NCBI RefSeq assembly: GCF_000020385.1
Contig: NC_010814.1
Span: 3,120,001-3,152,000 of the forward strand
DNA length: 32,000 nucleotides
Source: Trichlorobacter lovleyi SZ
Lineage (GTDB): Bacteria > Desulfobacterota > Desulfuromonadia > Geobacterales > Pseudopelobacteraceae
Direction of reading: 5' to 3'
Shown here: piece by piece, positions 30,251 to 32,000 of the stretch
Layout of the letters: every line of letters starts with the position of its first letter
Numbering within the stretch: position 1 is the stretch's first letter
Notes under the pieces: generated by a model
Seen by the model: the letters and a program-made list of their open reading frames with translations, nothing else
Databases searched by the model: none
What the model was told of the DNA's origin: nothing
Translations under genes and position numbers: made by a program

Positions 30251-30890
30251 AGAACTGACTGACTGGAGCTGGGAACAAAAATGCCAGAAGGCGGTGGAGG
30301 CCCTGGGGACCAACGGCTTTACCGCCGTCTACTGCCGGACCCCTGACGATGCCCGGAGCTATATCCTTGAGGCAGCAGCCGATGCCGCAAGCATCGGTTT
30401 TGGCGGTTCCATGACCATTAGCGACCTGGCGGTTCAGCAACCCCTTGCCGATCAGGGCAAAGAGATCCTCAACCACGGCAGCAGTGCCTTGTCGCGGGAC
30501 CAGAAGATGGAGATCATGCGCCGCCAACTGACCTGCGACCTGTTTCTCTCCGGCAGCAATGCGCTTACCATCTCAGGAGAGCTGATCAACATTGACGCAA
30601 CCGGCAACCGGGTGGCAGCCATGTTCTTCGGCCCCCGCAGGGTGATTGTGGTGGTGGGCCGCAACAAACTGGTGGATGGCACACCGCAGGAGGCGATTCA
30701 GCGGGTAAAACAATGGGCAACCCCTCCCAATGCCAAACGACTCAGCTTCAACACCCCCTGCGCCAAGACCGGTTTTTGCAGCGACTGTAACTCACCTGAC
30801 CGCCTCTGCCGGGTTACTACGATCATTGATCGCAAACCCCGCTTTACCGACCTGCGGGTTCTGGTGGTCAACGCTGACCTCGGTTTATAA
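30237..30890 (+). CDS. LUD-domain protein (YkgG/LutC-like, DUF162)
   Basis: Start moved to ATG 30237 (GGAGG 5 nt upstream), overlapping the kinase stop by 14 nt. Family features recalled from memory: GGSMT, LSGSNALTISGELINID, VVVVGRNKLV, and the C-terminal CSDCNSPDRLC cluster. Confidence 0.8.
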   Translation: MSMTKELTDWSWEQKCQKAVEALGTNGFTAVYCRTPDDARSYILEAAADAASIGFGGSMTISDLAVQQPLADQGKEILNHGSSALSRDQKMEIMRRQLTCDLFLSGSNALTISGELINIDATGNRVAAMFFGPRRVIVVVGRNKLVDGTPQEAIQRVKQWATPPNAKRLSFNTPCAKTGFCSDCNSPDRLCRVTTIIDRKPRFTDLRVLVVNADLGL

Positions 30891-30902
30891 CTGCCGGCAG
30901 CC

Positions 30903-31634
30903 ATGCAGCACTTTCTCCGCACGCTCGCAACCGCCCTGCAGGATCTGCTGCTGCCACCGCGCTGCCATATCTGCCACAAACCGGTCCCCGATGCGGGCAG
31001 ACTGCATATCTGCCCGGACTGCCGGGTGGGCCTGCCACTCGCAGGCTCACCGGTCTGCTCTATCTGCGGCATCCCCTTTCAGTCTGCCGGGGATGATCAC
31101 CCCTGCAGCCGTTGTATCGCTGCACCGCCACCCTATACGGCAGCCAGGGCCGCATTGCGCTATGAAGGTGCCTGCCGCGACCTGATTCACCACTTCAAAT
31201 ACAATGGCAAATCATACCTGCGATGCCCTCTGGGACTTATAACGGCAGAACTGCTGGCCCCGTTTGTAGCCGCCCAGCAACCAGACCTGCTGGTGCCGGT
31301 GCCGCTACACCCCAGCCGTCTGCGAAGTCGCGGCTTTAACCAGGCGGTGCTGTTGGGGGATCTGCTCTCCCGCCAATGGCAGATTCCGCTGCTGCGACAG
31401 GGTCTAAAGCGGACCCGCCCCACGCCCCCCCAGATAGAGCTGAGCCGTGAACAACGCTCCACCAACCTGCGGGGAGCCTTTGCCGTCACGACCCCGGACA
31501 GTGTCAACAATCGCCATGTCATGCTGGTGGATGACGTCTTTACCACCGGCAGCACCCTGGCAGAATGCGCTCTGGTGCTGCAGCGGGCAGGCTGCCACAC
31601 CGTATCGGCGGTTACCGTTGCCCACGCACCCTGA
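30903..31634 (+). CDS. comF: ComF family protein (zinc-ribbon + phosphoribosyltransferase domain)
   Basis: N-terminal Cys pairs (CHIC...CPDC; CSICG...CSRC). PRTase loop VMLVDDVFTTGST. Confidence 0.88.
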   Translation: MQHFLRTLATALQDLLLPPRCHICHKPVPDAGRLHICPDCRVGLPLAGSPVCSICGIPFQSAGDDHPCSRCIAAPPPYTAARAALRYEGACRDLIHHFKYNGKSYLRCPLGLITAELLAPFVAAQQPDLLVPVPLHPSRLRSRGFNQAVLLGDLLSRQWQIPLLRQGLKRTRPTPPQIELSREQRSTNLRGAFAVTTPDSVNNRHVMLVDDVFTTGSTLAECALVLQRAGCHTVSAVTVAHAP

Positions 31635-31735
31635 ATTCATACGTAATCATTGGATAATCCAGCCCAAAGTTCTTGACAATGACACTGCAGTATCATATAC
31701 CGATAACCGTAAACAGATTTTCAGGAGGATTGTGT

Positions 31736-32000
31736 ATGCGGTTATCTACCAAGAGTCGCTATGGTCTGCGGGCCCTTTTTGATATTGCGTATCACACGGG
31801 CACAGCACCGGCGCAAATCCAGGACATATCACGCCGTCAGCTGATTTCCCCCCGGTATCTGGAACAGATCTTCCAGAACCTGAAAAAAGCAGGAATCCTG
31901 AAAAGCAAACGAGGCCCCCAAGGCGGTTACACCCTGGCAAGGACACCGGATCAGATCACGGTACTTGAAGTCATCCGGGCCACTGAACAGGACGCACTGC
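31736..32000 (+). CDS. Rrf2-family transcriptional regulator (3' end outside window)
   Basis: Not in the ORF track because it has no stop inside the window. AGGAGG lies 7 nt upstream of ATG 31736. My translation is MRLSTKSRYGLRALFDIAYHTGTAPAQIQDISRRQLISPRYLEQIFQNLKKAGILKSKRGPQGGYTLAR..., the Rrf2 winged-helix signature. Confidence 0.88.
   Translation, partial: MRLSTKSRYGLRALFDIAYHTGTAPAQIQDISRRQLISPRYLEQIFQNLKKAGILKSKRGPQGGYTLARTPDQITVLEVIRATEQDAL

Noticed and set aside
31683-31711. TTGACA at 31683 as the -35 of an Rrf2 promoter.
   Set aside because: The best -10 candidates are TATCAT at 12-nt spacing and TATACC at 17-nt spacing. One has bad spacing and the other a poor hexamer. This is not supportable without TSS data.

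Overview
The window looks like a chromosomal segment from a Desulfuromonadales/Geobacter-like deltaproteobacterium. That placement is an inference from protein sequences and GC-rich codon usage, not from a database search. Most of it is well-recognisable core genes: hflX (5' end off-window), a class-B-like PBP transpeptidase, lpxH, an AI-2E permease translationally coupled to a copA Cu-ATPase, an Isf-like flavoprotein, a PAS-PAS-GGDEF cyclase, ligA, CIRCE-controlled groES-groEL, hemH, an envelope/metal-stress module (Met/Gly-rich Spy/CpxP/ZraP-like periplasmic protein, small secreted protein, OmpR-type regulator, HAMP kinase), a LUD-domain protein, comF, and the start of an Rrf2 regulator. I saw no rRNA, tRNA, CRISPR array, transposase, integrase or phage genes. 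The one clearly accessory stretch is about 1.5-12.0 kb, all on the minus strand. It holds a 7TMR-DISM histidine kinase, a NarL-type regulator, a truncated receiver-only paralog, and two giant paralogous secreted proteins. These proteins are mosaics of lectin-like modules: DUF1566/C-type-lectin-like, choice-of-anchor-D-like Ig, Listeria-Bacteroides repeat, LamG and IPT/TIG. Their 3' ends are almost identical at the DNA level, and they share a C-terminal module with no recognisable sorting signal. This locus is my best candidate for an undescribed system, but that is a hypothesis; nothing here is a demonstrably new system from sequence alone. Smaller observations concern regulatory structure: CIRCE, a long structured groES-groEL spacer, 10-bp-phased direct repeats upstream of the Met-rich gene, a 10-bp perfect hairpin, and possible leaderless starts. 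Several ORF-track starts were moved to internal Met codons that have Shine-Dalgarno sequences.
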